64,000 nt of DNA from Octopus vulgaris. Taxonomy: Eukaryota. The notes under the pieces are model-generated. The model worked only from the letters and a program-made list of their open reading frames with translations. It had not been told where the DNA came from and did not search any database. The stretch covers positions 81,964,001 through 82,028,000 of the forward strand of contig OX597831.1 in the NCBI GenBank assembly GCA_951406725.2, given 5' to 3'. Shown here piece after piece: positions 62,231-64,000 of the stretch; positions within the stretch are counted from its first letter, which is position 1; every line of letters begins with the position of its first letter. The translations under genes were made by a program, and so were the position numbers.

Positions 62231-62278
62231 CGTTTGAATCTCGCGCACTTCCGTTAAACGCAACATTCACCGGAAGTT
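62231..62278. promoter_or_regulatory. Candidate Haspin promoter with CHR, E2F-like, MYB and ETS motifs
   Basis: TTTGAA 62233, TCGCGC 62241, ACTTCCG 62247, CCGTTA 62251 and CCGGAAGT 62270 within 48 bp. Confidence 0.55.
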
Positions 62279-62560
62279 AGCAATAAACCGCTCAATATAC
62301 ACTCCCCCCTCTCTCTCTCTCTCTTACACTCTTTCTTTCTATTATTTACTTCCTCTCTCTTACTTTTACTCTTACTCCCTCTAGATCACTCTTACTCTAC
62401 CTCTTTCTCTCAATCTCCTCTTTTTCTTTCTCTCTTTTATTCTTTCTTTCTCTCTTTGTTTCTCCTCTCTTTGTTTCTTTACTTTTTCTCTCTCTTTCTC
62501 TTTCTCATTTTTCTTAACAAATTCAAATAAAAATTATTTCTTAATATTTAAATCGTTTCG

Positions 62561-63268
62561 GAATCTTTTCGGTTTGAACGGCTTTTTTTTCTATGTTAAA
62601 AACTGCCGAAAAACAACCGAAAAGATCCCAAGAAAGTTTTCGTTCCTAAATAAAACTCCAACGCAAAACATAAACTTTTACATCAGGAAAATATCATAAA
62701 ATATGTATTTTAAAAAGAGTTATGAAGGAAGTCGGGATGAGTAAAAATGAGCCGAAAATGATGGGCTTTTTTTGTATATTGTTATCAGCATAGTTGTATT
62801 CTACATTTTCGGTAACATATCTCCGAAAAGATCCTGGTTCCACTTAAGAAACCTTCAATAGAAATAAGCTGTTGTGCTGGACGTCCCAATCATTCTAGGA
62901 AAGTAATATAAAGGCATAACTACAGTTTGGAGCCTCATACAACTTCGGCGTAGCATAACTTTCTGAAAAATGCATATATTTTAATAAAACTTTTCGGAGA
63001 TATGTTATCGAAAATGTAGAGTACAACTATCCTGATAACAATATACAAAAAAAGCCCATAATTTTGAAAGAGTTTCGGCTCATTCTTACACATTCCGACT
63101 TCCTTCATAACTCTTTTTAAAATACATATTTTATGATATTTTCCTCATGTAAAGGTTATGTTTTGCGTTGGAGTTTTATTCAGTAACGAAAACTTTCGTC
63201 GGATCTTTTCGGTTGTTTTTCGGCAGTTTTTAACATAGAAAAAAATGCCGTTCAAACCGAAAAGATCC
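62561..63268. mobile_element. Foldback/MITE element with ~265-bp inverted arms
   Basis: 62563-62828 is the inverse of 62989-63266; termini ATCTTTTCGGTTTGAACGGC / GCCGTTCAAACCGAAAAGATCC. Confidence 0.9.
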
Positions 63269-63705
63269 CAAATATCTTACAAACTATAGAATTTTCTCAA
63301 TAAAGCCAAGAGAAAAAGATGTTTTATAAACACATTCTACCAGTATACGAAGTTTAACATTTTTTAGCTACCTAGAAATTATGTTAAAAACTGCCGTTCA
63401 AACCGAAAAGATCCGAATTTTGTTGGTTTTTTTCTTCAATTTCTGCAATTTCAACCAATCGATGACGTCCATTGAGGTAAAAAACATTCTGTGCCGAATG
63501 AATATATCCCTCGTTTAAGAAACAGATGGGGTTTATTTACATTTGTGAAGAAAAAAAGATACCCTTCCCCCAACACCTAACCCTAACTCTAACTCTAAAC
63601 CGAAACCAGATTGAAATGCAATAGATCGATACTAGGGTCATAATTATGGGTGACAATTTCATATGACACCGCTAGAAAAAAATGCCGTTCAAACCGAAAA
63701 GATCC
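63269..63705. mobile_element. Second, rearranged element with the same terminus and an internal CCCTAA-like tract
   Basis: GCCGTTCAAACCGAAAAGATCC ends at 63415 and at 63705. Confidence 0.75.
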
Positions 63706-64000
63706 CTTTCGTGTCATCCTTGAGAGACCTTTTATATTTTTCATCAGAAGAACTAAATGTTTGTTTGTAATCATGCTGAACGATATCAATCAGTCACAAA
63801 TATTGGTGCTTCGATCATTCATCATCAAATTCCTTAAACTGATGCTGTCCATCGTTGAGGTGCCACTCTTGAATCTTTTGCCATCAGCTGTTGCCTCTGT
63901 TCCCTTTCATGCGTAGCAGGGTTTGCGCTGTTGTGGCCTTTCCAGTCTGTGATGCCGTCAGACCAGGATTTTCTCTTTGCTGGTCTTTCGTTCCACCTTC

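Overview
AT-rich, repeat-dense animal DNA. The SINE families and extreme microsatellite load suggest an octopus (coleoid cephalopod), which is my recognition and not a database result. One protein-coding gene is supported: a minus-strand Haspin (histone H3T3 kinase) gene. It has 12 coding exons that splice in phase (59419 to 38237, 977 aa), a probable non-coding first exon ending at 62082, and a cell-cycle-type promoter near 62230-62280. Downstream of it is a tRNA cluster (24431-34035) with 4 Phe-GAA genes plus a decayed remnant on +, and 3 Asn-GTT genes on -. The cluster includes an old ~1.55-kb duplication of a divergent Asn/Phe cassette whose spacing is conserved although the spacer sequence has largely diverged. 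The rest is mobile DNA: a dead mariner, a Tc1-like end, a non-autonomous Helitron, RTE, CR1 and RLE-type LINE fragments, three SINE families, several MITEs and palindromes, and kilobase-scale microsatellites that produce most of the supplied ORFs. The most unusual signals are minimal hammerhead-ribozyme motifs (two in sense orientation in Haspin introns), a 143-bp-arm palindrome, a MADE1-like intronic hairpin, inverted LINE tails around a kinase exon, and a rearranged MITE composite at the Haspin promoter. I cannot demonstrate a wholly new system from sequence alone.
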